Assembly: GCF_009914755.1 (NCBI RefSeq)
Contig: NC_060932.1
Strand: one strand, 5' to 3'
From: the human T2T-CHM13v2.0 reference genome, Homo sapiens
Length of the DNA: 64,000 nt
The notes beneath the pieces were generated by a model. The model was not told the DNA's origin and ran no database searches. It worked only from the letters and a program-made list of their open reading frames with translations. The translations under genes and the position numbers were made by a program. Positions 1 to 12,314 of the stretch are shown here, in pieces (position 1 is the first letter of the stretch; each line of letters begins with the position of its first letter).

Positions 1-142
1 ACATGCAAGCCCTACCTCAGCTTCTCCCAACACTCAGCTTTTCTCCCAACATTAGGTATTGGAGTTGGTTTCAAATATGTGTCTTTGTACAAGTCATTTC
101 TCTAAGGCTGATTTGGGTGACAACATTTATCTTGAAAGGTAA

Positions 143-599
143 TGAGAGGTGAAGCCAGCTGGACTTTCTGGGTTGAGTGGGGACCTGGAGAACTTTTCTG
201 TCTAGCTAGAGGATTGTAAACGCACCAATGAGCACTCTGTGTCTAGCTAAAAGATTGTAAATGCACCAATCAGCATTTTGCTCTGTAAAATGGGCCAATC
301 AGTACTCTGTAAAATGGACCAATCAGCACTCTGTAAAATGGACCAATCATCAGGACACAGGCAGGGACAAATAAGGGAAAAAAAGCTGGCCACCCCAGCC
401 AGCAGCGACAACCTGCTTGGGTCCCCCTTCATTCTGTGGAAGCTTTGTTCTTTTGCTCTTCACAATAAATCTTGCTGCTGCTCACTCTTTGGGTCTGTGC
501 CAACTTTAAGAGCTGTAACACTCACCACGAAGGTCCATGGCTTCATTCTTGAAGTCAGCAAGACCAAGAACCCACTTGAAGGAACCAATTCTGGACACA
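143..599 (+). repeat. 5' LTR (LTR12F-like), 457 bp
   Basis: TG...CA termini; tandem CCAATCAGCACTCTGTAAAATGGA units; AATAAA 464-469. Confidence 0.92.
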
Positions 600-602
600 T
601 CT

Positions 603-620
603 TGGTGACCACAAAGGGAC
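603..620 (+). other. Primer binding site, tRNA-Arg type
   Basis: TGGTGACCACAAAGGGAC 3 nt after the LTR; near-complement of tRNA-Arg 3' end, as known for HERV9. Confidence 0.8.
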
Positions 621-627
621 TATTGCC

Positions 628-638
628 AAGCGGTGAGT
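628..638 (+). promoter_or_regulatory. Proviral major splice donor
   Basis: AAGCG|GTGAGT just downstream of the PBS. Confidence 0.65.
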
Positions 639-1868
639 ACCATCGGACCCCTTTCTCTTGCTATTCTGTCCTATTTCTCCTTAGAATTCAGGGGCTAAAC
701 ACTGGGCACCTTTTGGCCAGTTAAAAGCAACTAGCGTGGCCACCAGACTAAAGACACAGGTGTTAGGCTTTCTGGGAAAGGGCTCTCTAACAACCCCCAA
801 CTCTTCAGAGCTGGGAGTGTTGGTTTGCCTGGAACCAGCTTCAGCTTTTCCTGTACTTCTGGACTGAGCTGAGGGTTGACAGAGAGGAAAGCCATTCAGC
901 TGTGGGGTCCTGACAAAAAGTTGGTTGACCCTGTAACCATGAGCGGAACTCTCAATGTCACATCACCCAAGCGAGACTCACCCATCTATCCTATCTATCC
1001 TGACCCTTGCCTCCTGGGTCCTAATGCCTGTCAGACAAACTTCCTCCCGCCTCTCTTCTCTGAGGCTAGTCCTGCTTCTAAAAACCACTCCCTGTCTCTG
1101 GTGCTTTTCTAGTTTCTCCTATAAGAATGATTTCTAGTATAAATTTTGGGGCTGTCTTCCTTTCTTCAGGCACCCAGCCTCACCAATCAGAAAGACAAAA
1201 TTTTTTCCCAAAGCCCCATCAGTGGGGGGGGCACTATCTGGAATTTTAGGATCCTCCCTCAGACTAGCAGGCCTAACAAAGGCTATTCCCAAAGCTAGGA
1301 TATGGGAAGCCTCAGAAATTATATCCTTCCTATTTATATGATGAGAGGTGAGGACAAAGGCGTCACTCTTCCAACCATGGAGATCCCTTCCCTCCCTCAG
1401 GGTATGGCCCTCCAGTCCATTTTTGAGGCACATCATCTTTATAGGACAAGGGTAAGGTCCCAATACCAACAAGAGAAAACAGTTAGGACTGTAACAGGTT
1501 TTCAAGAATGCATTGGTAAGGGCCACTAAATCCGATTTTTCTTGTTCCTCTTTGTGGTCTAAGAGGAAAGGCAAGAGTGCAGGTTTTTGAGAATGCATTG
1601 GTAAGGGCCACTAAATCCAACCTTCCTCAGTCCTCTTTGTAGTCTAGGAGGAAAACTAGTGTTTCTGCTGCTGTGTTGGTGACTGCAACTATTCTGATCA
1701 GCAGGGTCCAGGGACCGTTGTGGGTAATTGAGCAAGAGGGGGATCTACTGCTGTGTCAGTGAGCACAACTATTCCAATCAGCAGTGTCCAGGGACCATTG
1801 TGGGTTCTTGGGTGGCAGGGGTTGGGGGGTGGAAAAAAACCAAAACCAAGAGTGGTTTTTTCTTTCAG

Positions 1869-3253
1869 ATAGGAAACACTCAGGCATCAACAGGCTCACC
1901 CTTGGTGGCTCATTTTTTTTCTGCACTATGGCCTGGCCCCAATATTCTCTCTCTGATGGGGAGAAATGGCCACTTGAGGGAAGTATAAATTACAATACTA
2001 TCCTGCAGCTTGATCTTTTCTGTAAGAGGGAAAGCAAATGGAGTGAAATACCATATGTCCAAGCTTTCCTCTCATTGAAGGAGAATCCACAACTAAGCAA
2101 AGCTTGCAATTTACATCCCACAAGAGGACCTCTCAGCTTACCCTCATATCCAAGCCTTCCTATAGCTCTCCATCCTACTAATGATGAGCCTCATCTAATC
2201 TTCCCCACCCAGAAGGAAACAAGCAAGTAAATCTCCAAGGGACCACAAAAACCCCCGGGCTATCAGTTATGTCCCTTTCAAGCTGTACGGGGAGGGGAAT
2301 TTGGCCCAACCCGGGTACATGTCCCCTTCTCCCTCTCTGACTTAAAGCAGGTCAAAGCAGACCAGGGGAAGTTTTCAGATGATCCTGAGAAGTATATAGA
2401 TGTCCTAAAGGGTCTAGGGCAAACCTTTGACCTCACTTGGAGAGATGTCATGCTATTGTTAGATCAAACCCTGGCCTTTAATGGAAAGAATGTGGCTTTA
2501 GCTGCAGCCTGAGAGTTTGGAGATACCTGGTATCTTAGTCAAGTAAATGATAGAATGACAGCCTAAGAAAGGGACAAATTCCCTATCGGTCAGCAAGCCA
2601 TCCCCAGTATGGATACCCAGTGGGACCTCAACTCAGATCATGGGGACTGGAGTCACAAACGTCTGTTGACCTGTGTTCTAGAAGGACTAAGGAGAATTAG
2701 GAAAAAGCCCATGAATTATACAATGATGTCTACCATAATTCAGGGAAAGGAAGAAAATCCCACCTTCCTTGAGCGGCTACAGGAGGCCTTAAGAAAATAT
2801 AGTTCCCTGTCACCCCACTCACTCAAGGGTCAATTGATCCTGAAATATAAGTTTATTACCCAATCAGCCACAGATATCAGGAGAAAGCTCCAAAAGCAAG
2901 CCCTAGGCCCTGAACAAAATGTGGAGGTGTTATTAAACCTGGCAACCTTGGTGTTCTATAATAGGGACCAAGAGGAACAGGCCATAAAGGAAAAGCAAGA
3001 TCAGAGAAAGGTTGCAGCCTTAGTCATGGCCCTCAGACAAACAAACCTTGGTGGTTCAGAGAGGACAGAAAATGGAGCAGGCCAATCACCCAGTAAGGCT
3101 TATCAATGTGGTTTGCAAGGACACTTTAAAAAAGATTGTCCAACAAGAAACAAGCTGCCCCCTCACCCACGTCCACTATGCCGAGGCAATCACTGGAAGG
3201 TGCACTGCCCCAGAGGACAAAGGCTCTCTGGACCAGAAGCCCCCAACAGATGA
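1869..3253 (+). pseudogene. gag: HERV9 gag remnant
   Basis: Start decayed to ATA-GGA-AAC; [19 protein letters not shown]; MHR-like QGKEENPTFLERLQEAL; zinc knuckle QCGLQGHFKKDCP; stops and frameshifts. Confidence 0.9.
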
Positions 3254-3260
3254 TCCAACA

Positions 3261-3700
3261 GGGTGCCCATGGCAAGTGCCAGCTCATGTCATCACCCTCA
3301 CTGAGACCTGGGTATGTTTAACCATTGAGGGCCAGGAAATTGACTTCCTCCTGGACACTGGTGTAGCTTTCTCAGTGTTAATCTCCTGTCCCAGAGAGCT
3401 GTCCTCACCATTACCATCTGAGGAATCCTAGGGACAGCTTGTAACCAGGTATTTCTCCCACCTCCTCAGTTGTAATTGGGAGACTTTGCTCTTTTCACAT
3501 GCCTTTCTTGTTATACCTGAAAGTCCCACACCCTTATTAGGGAGAGACATATTAGACAAAGCTGCAGCCATTATCTACATGAATATGGGGAACAAGTTAC
3601 CCATTTTTTGTCCCCTGCTTGAGGAGGGAATCAACCCTGAAGTCTGGACATTGGAAGGACAATTCAGAAGGGCAAAAATGCCTGCCCAGGACAAATCAGG
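3261..3700 (+). pseudogene. pro: HERV9 protease remnant
   Basis: FLLDTG active-site motif and PLLGRDIL in different frames. Confidence 0.88.
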
Positions 3701-5310
3701 CTAAAAGACCCCACCACTTTTCCTTATCAAAGGCAATATCCCTTAAGGCCTCAAGCTCATAAAGGATTACAGGATATTATTAGACATTTAAAAGCTCGAG
3801 CCTTAGTAAGAAAATGCAGCAGTCTCCGCAACACCTGAATTCTAGGAGTACAAAAACCGAATGGTCAGTGGAGACTAGTGCAAGATCTTATACCCATCAA
3901 AGAGGCAGTAATTCCTTTATATCCAGTTGTACCAAACCCCTATACCCTGATCTCTCAAATACCAGAGAAAGCAGAATGGTTCATGGCTCTGGACCTCAAG
4001 GATGCCTTCTTCTGTATCTCCCTGCACTCTGACTCCCAGTTTCTTTTTGCCTTTGAGGATCCCACAAACCACACATCCAAAATTACACGGACAGTCTTGC
4101 CCCAAGGGTTTAGGGATAGCCCTCCTCTGTTTGGTCAGGCACTGGCCCAAGATCTAGGCCACTTCTCAAGTCCAGGCACTCTAGTCTTTCAGTATGTGGA
4201 TGATTTAATTTTGGCTACCAGTTCAGAAGCCTCATGCCAGCAGGCCACTCTAGATCTCTTGAACTTCCTAGCTAATCAAGGGTATAAGGCATCTAAATTG
4301 AAGGCCCAGCTCTGCCTATGACAAGTCAAATATCTAGGCCTAATCTTAGGCAGAGGAACCAGGAGACCCAGAGGGCAAATACTCATCTAGTAGAATGGGA
4401 ACCAGAGGTAGAAACAGCCTTCAAAACCTTAAAGCAGGCCCTACTACAAGCTCCAGCCTTAAGCCTTCACACAAGATAAAACTTCTCTTTATACATCACA
4501 GAGAGAGCAGTAATAGCTCTTGGAGTCCTTACTCAGACTTGTGGGACAACCCCATAACCAGTGGCATACCTAAGTAAGGAAATTGATGTAGTAGCAAAAG
4601 GCTGGCCTCACTGTTTACAGGTAGTTGAGGCAATAGCCATCTTAGTATCAGAGGCTATCAAAATAATACAAGGAAAGGATCTCACTGTCTGGACTACACA
4701 TGATGTAAATGGCATAGTAGGTGCCAAAGGAAGTTTATGACTATCAGACAACTGCCTGCTTAGATACCAGGAACTACTCCTTGAGGGACCGGTGCTTCAA
4801 ATACACACGTGTGCAGCCCTCAACCCTGCCACTTTTCTCCCACAAGATGAGGAACCAATTGAGCAAGACTGCCAACGAATTATAGTCCAGATTTATGCCG
4901 CCTGAGAGGATCACTTAGAAGTCCCCTTAGCTAATCCTGACCTTAACCTATATACAGATGGAAGTTCATTTGGGGAGAATGGGATATGAGGGGCAGGTTA
5001 TGCCATAGTTAGTGATGTAACAGTACTTAAAAGTAAACCTCTTCCCCCAGGAACCAGCGCCCAGTTAGCAGAACTAGTGGCACTTACCCGAGCATTAGAA
5101 CTGGGAAAGGGAAAAAGAATAAATGTGTATACAGATAACAAGTCTGCTTATCTAATCCTCCATGCCCATGCTGCCATATGGAAAGAAAGGTAGTTCCTAA
5201 TCTTTGGGGGAAACTCCCATTAAATACCACAAGGAAATCATGGAGTTATTGCACGCAGTGCAAAAACCCAAGGAGATGGCAGTCTTACACTGCCAAAGCC
5301 ATCAAAAAGC
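3701..5310 (+). pseudogene. pol: HERV9 pol remnant (RT, RNase H; no integrase)
   Basis: LDLKDAFF, LPQGF, YVDD (4193-4204), LYTDGSS, SAQLAELVAL; multiple stops. Confidence 0.92.
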
Positions 5311-5324
5311 AGCTGGCAGAGGCA

Positions 5325-5575
5325 GGTAAAGACCAGAAGAGAAAGGAAAAGAGAAAGAGAAAGTCAAAGAGAGAAGGAAAGAGAGAGAGGAAGAGACAGA
5401 GAGACGAAGAGGGAGTCAAAGAGAAAGGATGAGACAAAGGGAGTCAGAGAGAAAGAAAGAGAGACAGAAAGTCAAAGAGAGAAGGAAAGAGAGAGAGGAA
5501 GAGTCAGAGAGACTAAAAGGGAGTCAAAGAGAGAGAGAGAAAGCGACAGAAAGTCAAAGAGAGAGAGAGAAGTAG
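5325..5575 (+). repeat. AG-rich purine tract inside the provirus
   Basis: Repeating AGAAAGTCAAAGAGAGAAGGAAAGAGAGAGAGG-like units. Confidence 0.9.
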
Positions 5576-6035
5576 TTAAGAAAAAACAGTGTACCTTATT
5601 CCTTTAAAAGCCAGGGTAAATTTAAAACCTATAATTGATAATTGAAGGTCTTCTCCATAATCTTATAACACTCCAATACCACCTTGTTTTCAGTGTAAAC
5701 AAGGGCATAACCTGAAAGCAATGAGGCCACTGACAACCCATAGCCTTCCTATCAAAAATCCTTATCCCAGCAGGTTTCCTAACAGGGGATCTAAATCTTA
5801 ATTAATTATCATACAAAGGTCCGACCAGACCTAGGAGAAATTCTCTTCAGAACAGGATGATAGATGGTTCCTCCCGATTAAGGGAAAAAGACACAAATGG
5901 ATTTTAAAATTGCCTAATAATTGGTCTGCTCAAATGTGCAAGCTGTTTGCACTCAGCCAAATCTTAAACTGCTTACAGAATCAGGAAGGAGCCATCTATA
6001 CCAATTCTAAATTAATATGGACTGAATGAGGTCTT
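5575..6035 (+). pseudogene. Compacted second pol skeleton, HERV-I/HERVIP10-like
   Basis: Translates in pieces to YLIPLKARVNLKPII, YNTPI, QPIAFLSKIL, HTKVRPDLGE, IDGSS, KLPNNWSAQMCKLFALSQILNCLQNQEGAIYTNSK. Confidence 0.7.
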
Positions 6036-6162
6036 ATTAATAGCAAAGAATAATTAAAATCCCAAACTTACAAGGTTTTCAACAAAAGTAAAGTTTGCTA
6101 AAAGTTAACAGTGTAACATGTATTATCCTAACTTCTAATCTTGTGGAAATCAGACCCTAGCA

Positions 6163-6807
6163 GTGCCCCTCAAAGCTCAAGTCCATCAGCGCAGGGCCGT
6201 ACAACTAATAACCCTACTTATAGGGTTAGGAATGGCCACTGCTACAGGAACCAGAATAGCAGGTTTATCCACTTCATTATCCTACTACCACACACTCTCA
6301 AAGGATTTCTCAGACAGTTTGCAAGAAATAACGAAATCTGTCCTTACTCTACAATCCCAAATAGACTCTTTGGCAGCAGTGACTCTCCAAAATCACTGGG
6401 TCCTAGACCTCCTCACTGCTGAGAAAGGAGGACCCTTCACCTTCTTAGGGGAAGAGAGTTGTTTTTACACTAACCAGTCAGGGATAGTATGAGACACTGC
6501 TTGGCATTTACAGGAAAAGGCTTCTGAAATCAGACAACACCTTTCAAACTCTTATACTGACCTCTGGAGTTGGGTGACATGGCTTCTCCCCTTTCTAGGT
6601 CCTGTGACAGCCATCTTGCTGCTACTCATCTTTGGGCCCTGTATTTTTAACCTCCTTATTAAATTTGTTTCCTCCAGGATTGAGGCCATCATGCTACAGA
6701 TGGTCTTACAAATGGAACCCCAAATGAGCTCAACTAACAACTTCTACCAAGGACCCCTGGACCGATGCACTGACCCTTTGTCTGGCCTAGAGAGTTCCCC
6801 TAGGTAG
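6163..6807 (+). pseudogene. env: HERV9 env TM remnant (SU deleted)
   Basis: Cleavage/fusion peptide RRAVQLITLLIGLG; ISD-like LQNHWVLDLLTAEKGG; stop at 6490-6492; TM anchor WLLPFLGPVTAILLLLIFGPC. Confidence 0.9.
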
Positions 6808-6919
6808 TTCCACTACCACGGCAGGGCCACTTCTTCACCCCTATCCAGCAGGAAGTAGCTAGAGTGGTCATTGCCCAATTCCCAACAGTAGCTGTGGGGG
6901 TCCTGTTTAGAGGGAGGAT

Positions 6920-7439
6920 TGAGAGGTGAAGCCAGCTGGACTTCCTGGGTGAAGTGGGGACCTGGAGAACTTTTCTGTCTAGCTAGAGGATTGTAAACAC
7001 ACCCATCAGTGATCTGTGTCAAACTAAAGGATTGTAAATGGACCAATCAGCACTCTGTAAAAATGCACCAATCAGCACTCTGTGTCTAGCTAAAGGATTG
7101 TAAATGCACCAATCAGCATTTTACTCTGTAAAATGGACCAATCAGCACTCTGTAAAATGGACAAAACAGCACTCTGTAAAATGGACCAATCAGCAGGACA
7201 TGGGTGGGGACAAATAAGCAAATAAAAGCTGGCCACCCCAGCCAGCAGCAGCAACCTGCTCAGGTCCCTTTCCATGCCTTGGAAGCTTTGTTCTTTTGCT
7301 CTTCACAATAAATCTTGCTGGTCCTCACTCTGGTCCATGCAACCTTTAAGAGCTGTAACACTCACTGCAGAGGTCCGTGGCTTCATTCTTGAAGTCAGCA
7401 AGACCAATAACCCACTGGAAGGAGCCAACTCTGGACACA
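6920..7439 (+). repeat. 3' LTR (LTR12F-like), 520 bp
   Basis: Preceded by PPT AGAGGGAGGA; homologous to 143-599 with extra CCAAT units; followed by TSD GTAA. Confidence 0.92.
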
Positions 7440-7443
7440 GTAA

Positions 7444-7515
7444 TTATGAGGATTAAATGAAATGACATATGTAAAAATTTTCCACAATGCTTGGTACAAT
7501 GTTAGGTAAATATTA
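7444..7515 (+). mobile_element. MIR 3' fragment
   Basis: ATGAGGATTAAATGAAATGACATATGTAAA...ACAATGCTTGGTACA resembles MIR core/tail. Confidence 0.6.
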
Positions 7516-7842
7516 TCTCCCTTCCTGATTGAAAAATCAAGTGAACATGTATAAGTCTTGTCTTCTAAAATAGAGTGTTACTGTATCTTATACTTATCCA
7601 ATCTCTAGTTTGAAGAAAAATCTGACATCTATGCAAATGTTTTATAAAATGTAGAGTGCTATCTGTATCTAAAACACTATTGTTATCTTTCCTTTTGCAC
7701 CCTGGAACACCTGGATCAAAGTTATCTCCTCAGAAACAAACAGAAAGTCTGTAGTGGTTGATCAATAAAGAGTAAAGACAGGAAGTTCTCAAAACCTTAA
7801 TGCCAGAATGCCAAACTACTATATTTTATAAAAGGAAAAGTC

Positions 7843-8160
7843 AGCCAGTCACGGTGGCTCATGCCTATAATACCAGCCCTTTGGGAGGCCAGGGCAGGCA
7901 GATCACAAGGTATGGAGTTTGAGAGCAGCTGGCCAACATGGTGCAACCTATCTCTACTAAAAATACAAAAATTAGCCAGGCATAGTAGCTTATGCCTGTA
8001 GTCCCAGCTACTCAGGAGACTGAGGCAGGAGAATTGCTTGAACCTGGGAGGCAGAGGTTGCTGTGAGCCGAGATCGCACCACTGCACTCCAGCCTGAGTG
8101 ACGGGGTGAGACTGTCTCAAAAAATGAATAAATAAATAAATAATAAAAACAGAAAGAAAA
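7843..8160 (+). mobile_element. Alu, AluS-type
   Basis: Dimeric Alu, central TACTAAAAATACAAAAATT, (AAAT)n tail. Confidence 0.93.
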
Positions 8161-11100
8161 GAAAAGCCCTGGGCTAACGATGTCCACTGGATAATTACGG
8201 TGTTTGCCAGTGCCTGCTGTTGGCAGTGGTTTGGAGTCATTGTGAAAAAAACCTGGAATGGAGCCAGGCAATTTTATTTAAGGAAGGAAGGTTGTTGGAT
8301 GAAATTTATTCACAAAAGCAGTAATGGCTACGGTTTCTAACAAAAGGGAGACTTGAAGAAAACCAGGCTCACAAAAAAAGTATTTTCTTACCCTTGATAA
8401 CAAGGTCTATGTTGATAGCGACTGAATTGGAAACAGCTGACCTGCTGTTAACAAAATGCTCACATAGACTGCAAAGCTGGGAAGAAAAACAGATAGATGT
8501 GCTTCCTAAGGGGCAATGAACATGCCAACACGCTCTCTTCAAACCTTATGACAGCTTGGGAAACCTCTGATGTTACTTTGTATTTTTGGAAAGTGGGAAG
8601 CCAAAGAAAAAGAAAGAAAAGAAAAGAAAAATCCTGGGAAACCATCCAGGTTTTAAAAACATCTTCTCTCTTCATGGCCCTCCTGCTGTGATTTCAACTC
8701 TCTGCAAATAAGGACAATCCATAGTTATTTTTAGATATTTAACACACCATGAGATTGGTAATTAACCAAGGCAATGCTTCTGAGAATAGTTTGTTTCTAT
8801 AGAATATGATGGTAACATTTGCATGAAGGCGCTTCCCTCCTCAAAGAAAATGTTTGTTAGATCATTATGGACTTTAATCCCAGCCAGCCACATACAAAGT
8901 TTGTGATTATTTGTCTTGCTGTAAATTGCGTCCCTACCTTGTGTCTAGCCCAATGTGTCAGAATGAAACAGAAGGGACCAGAAAACCTGAGCAAGTGGAC
9001 TGGCTAAGAGCAGGTGTTAGGCAGCACCAAATCATTGCTCTTTTGAAAATATTCTCTTGTGGAATAATAAAAAAAGATGAATTAGAGCATAAAAGAATGA
9101 GAAATACGTAAGCAAAAATGAGATAATAGTTGGTAAGCTATGCTGATAAAAGGTGAAAGAAAAATAAGATAATGTTATGGGCCATTACATGTAAAAACAG
9201 AATACAAAAGAGGGAGCTCTCCAGCAAGTAAATCATTCCCATTTTATTCTAAACAAGCATATAGGAAATAGCAAAGATGATTATCTCATGTTTAATAAGC
9301 AGCAAGCTGATTTTTTGTTTCCAGTTTCTTTGAAGATGCAATCTTTTAAAATAATTGTTTTCCCTTTTTTCCTCTGAGAGTGGGAGGTAGATTCTCCACA
9401 TTCTCTGCCGAAGCTACCCTGTTTTCTTGTAATTGCAAGATCTGCTTCAGAGGCACTAAATCCATGGGAGAGGGGTGCCAGGACATTAGCACATTGTGAA
9501 CATCTGACCCCTGATTGGGGGAAATGATGAAAAATTAATGGGTACAGATGTGTCCATCCTGCAGTGGACAGATGTTCACTTTACACACCATTTAGAATTC
9601 CCTGGTGTGTTTGACTATAGGTTGATGAACACAACAGCTAAATGATATAAGGAGCAGCAAAAGTCCTAGAAAAAATAAAAGTTTACTCTTGAGCAGGGCA
9701 ACATTGTTCTCCATCAACCAGTACTGGGATAACTGAGAGCCCTCTGTTTGGGATGGGGCAGATGTCACACTCAAACTGACTGGGAATATCCTAACTCATG
9801 TGTTGCTCTCCTCAGAAAATGAGTCACTTTTAAATGTTTAGGCAAAGTCTAGGGCAGGTGAAGCTTATTTGTTTAATTTGGTGACCACTGGCTACCATCC
9901 ATGGACATTTGTCAGATGAGTGTTTTGGTCAGAGTAGGCTGTGCTTCTGCAGAGTACCATACTTCCTGGATTTTTTTCAAAATGTGTAGATACCATGTAA
10001 TACCCATTCCAATAAACATGTAAACAATTATGTTTTTTCTTGAATAACCTTACAGATTAATTTACAATTTCCAAGCAGAAAAAATCTTCTGTGACAACAT
10101 TTGTGCCCGATTTGTTTAAACCCAACCCCACAAAGGTTTTAAAATAAGGTATAACACTGAAGATCTTTGTCATTCAATAAGTATTTGGTGAATATTTACT
10201 ACATGCCGAGGAATGTACTGAGGAGAATATTGTAACACATATTATGCAACATCTAATATATAATGCATAAAATAATATATACAATATAATTATATGTTAC
10301 TATCTGAACCTGTATTTGGTACATTTCCTATGTCACTAAATTCTGTATAGAGGGTGTTTGTGCATTGCCCAGGTGTTCAGTCCTTAGTTATATGGCAGAA
10401 TCTGTGCAGCTACGTATGAAGTGTGCTGAAAGGGACACTTGGACAATAATTGCAATAACATTTCAGGAAAAAAAGGAGATTAATATGGTCTAAAACAAAC
10501 AAGAATGGCTTTGTGGAAGAGAAATTATAGAGAGAGAGGATAAGAGAGAGGATAAGTAAAATGATAAACCAATTTTAAGGAATCACTTCCCCAACTCAAA
10601 CTTAACTCTGTCAGTGTCATATCAAAAGAGGCACACAGATTAAATGAAGCATGGGGAATAACTGTTAGAGGCAGTCTTGGACATGATTGTATCCTTACAT
10701 GAGGTAGTCATTTGAATTCATCTCTAGGTTGCTGAGCCATGAACCAAGAGTTTAAATCAAGAACTGTATGTCTTTACTTTGTCCAAATAGGGCTCTTTTG
10801 TAGAGCAAGAATATTTGAGATGTCCCAGAAGAGGTCACTTTGGAAAAACCAAAGTATAAAAATAGCATCTATGTTTAAAGGTTAAATAAAAAAATAAACA
10901 TATCTATCTGAAGAAAAGAAGGCTTGATGATGAGATAATAGTTTTTTAGGTTCCCTACTAAAACTGGAAAAAGAGGATAGATGCTTAAATCAAATAATGC
11001 AGGAAGTTGGATCAAAGTAGATGTGTCATTACAGTAGATTAGAACCCTAGAATGTTCTAAAAAAAACAATATTTGAAATCCACTTCCTTTAAAATAGGAC

Positions 11101-11982
11101 AGGTGTTCCTCTAACTGGAATAGTTTATGAACCATGCTGTCTAAAGACAGAGAAAATGAATGAATGAATGAATGTTTGGAGCTTTCTTGAAGAAATGGAA
11201 TCCTAGGAGACTAAGGAACAAAGGCATTCAGTAAAGCCCACAGTATAGTTATTTCTTACAACATTTCTCAGATCACATAATCTAAAATTTTCTCTCCTTT
11301 TATTCCTCTTGCTGATGTATCATCCTCATGTACTTCTTTCACTGCTGTTATAGATAATTGGTAGCTTTGGTTTTTTTTTTTTTCACTAGTATAGTGCTTC
11401 TTCCCCAATAAAAAGGCAAGATTCTGAGTGCAGGGGTCTGGCTATTACCTCCCCAACACATAATGCCTTGTTTTGTACATAGCAGATGTTCACTAAATAC
11501 TTATGGAAAACAGCACCACACACGTCTTTGCTAAAGTGATGAGGGAAATGAAGTAAGATAGAATGAGAATATAGGATTCTCTCTTTACTTGAGAAAAGTC
11601 TTATTGGAATTACTTCAAATTTCTGCTGCCTTTTGCAATGACATGGAGGGCAGAGTGGCAGCCAATATTCCTCTGAATGAAAACTCAGATGCCGCGTAGG
11701 CTATCTCCTTCTAGGTTTTCTGACGATCATTAGGTAACTCCTGGTCTGATTGTTTTTGCTTGAGGAGTTGACCGCCTTTCCTGAAATTATTATTATTTTT
11801 CTCTTCTATTATGCTTGTCCAATGTAGCACTTATACTTTAATGCCTTACAGATAAAATGGTCTCTGTCAGTCTGCACTTCTCATGCCTGGAGAAAGTTTT
11901 ACTGCTTCATAAACTCCTGTAATGCCCCAGGGTTTAAAAAACATCTATCACTCCATCAGTGGGTCTTTATGGGCTCCGTGTA

Positions 11983-11983
<1 letters not shown>

Positions 11984-12031
<48 letters not shown>
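11984..12031. repeat. (ATT)n microsatellite
   Basis: About 16 perfect ATT units. Confidence 0.95.
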
Positions 12032-12314
12032 TGAAATGCAAGGTTGGTTCCTGAAGCAAAAAAGAGACAGAGATAAATGGATTTTTGTATGCTAATAAAT
12101 GTGAAGAATCCAGCTCAATTTATGCTGAGGTGGTATTAAATAGCTAAAGCAAATTGTAGAATATTTCACAAGCAATAGCTTTAGGCACTAGGAAGGAACT
12201 GTAATGTAAGATTTCCTCTTTATCAGTGATTACAGAAATATAACTATTTTATTCACTGGTTTGGGCTGGAGAATCTTTATAGTTGTTGTGTCTTGATTTT
12301 TTCCCTCCTGACAG

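Larger units (their letters stand above)
143..7439 (+). mobile_element. HERV9 (ERV9)-type provirus with LTR12F-like LTRs, defective
   Basis: Two LTRs TGAGAGGTG...GGACACA; 4-bp TSD GTAA (139-142, 7440-7443); PBS, gag-pro-pol remnants, env TM and PPT in order. Confidence 0.93.

Noticed and set aside
1-51. Possible 3' end of another LTR (duplicated CTCAGCTT..CTCCCAACA)
   Set aside because: Too short at the window edge to assign a family
220-350. Regularly spaced repeats resembling a CRISPR array, and ORFs 278-724 / 247-432 with repeated peptides
   Set aside because: These are LTR12 CCAAT tandem units without unique spacers; the ORFs are by-products
5178-5432. Lys/Arg-rich ORF
   Set aside because: Translation of the AG simple tract
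6163-6807. Syncytin-like env gene
   Set aside because: SU absent, stop at 6490-6492, ISD and cysteine motif mutated
7797-8271. ORFs overlapping Alus (also 15784, 31467, 40312, 46005, 47958)
   Set aside because: Typical Alu-derived spurious frames
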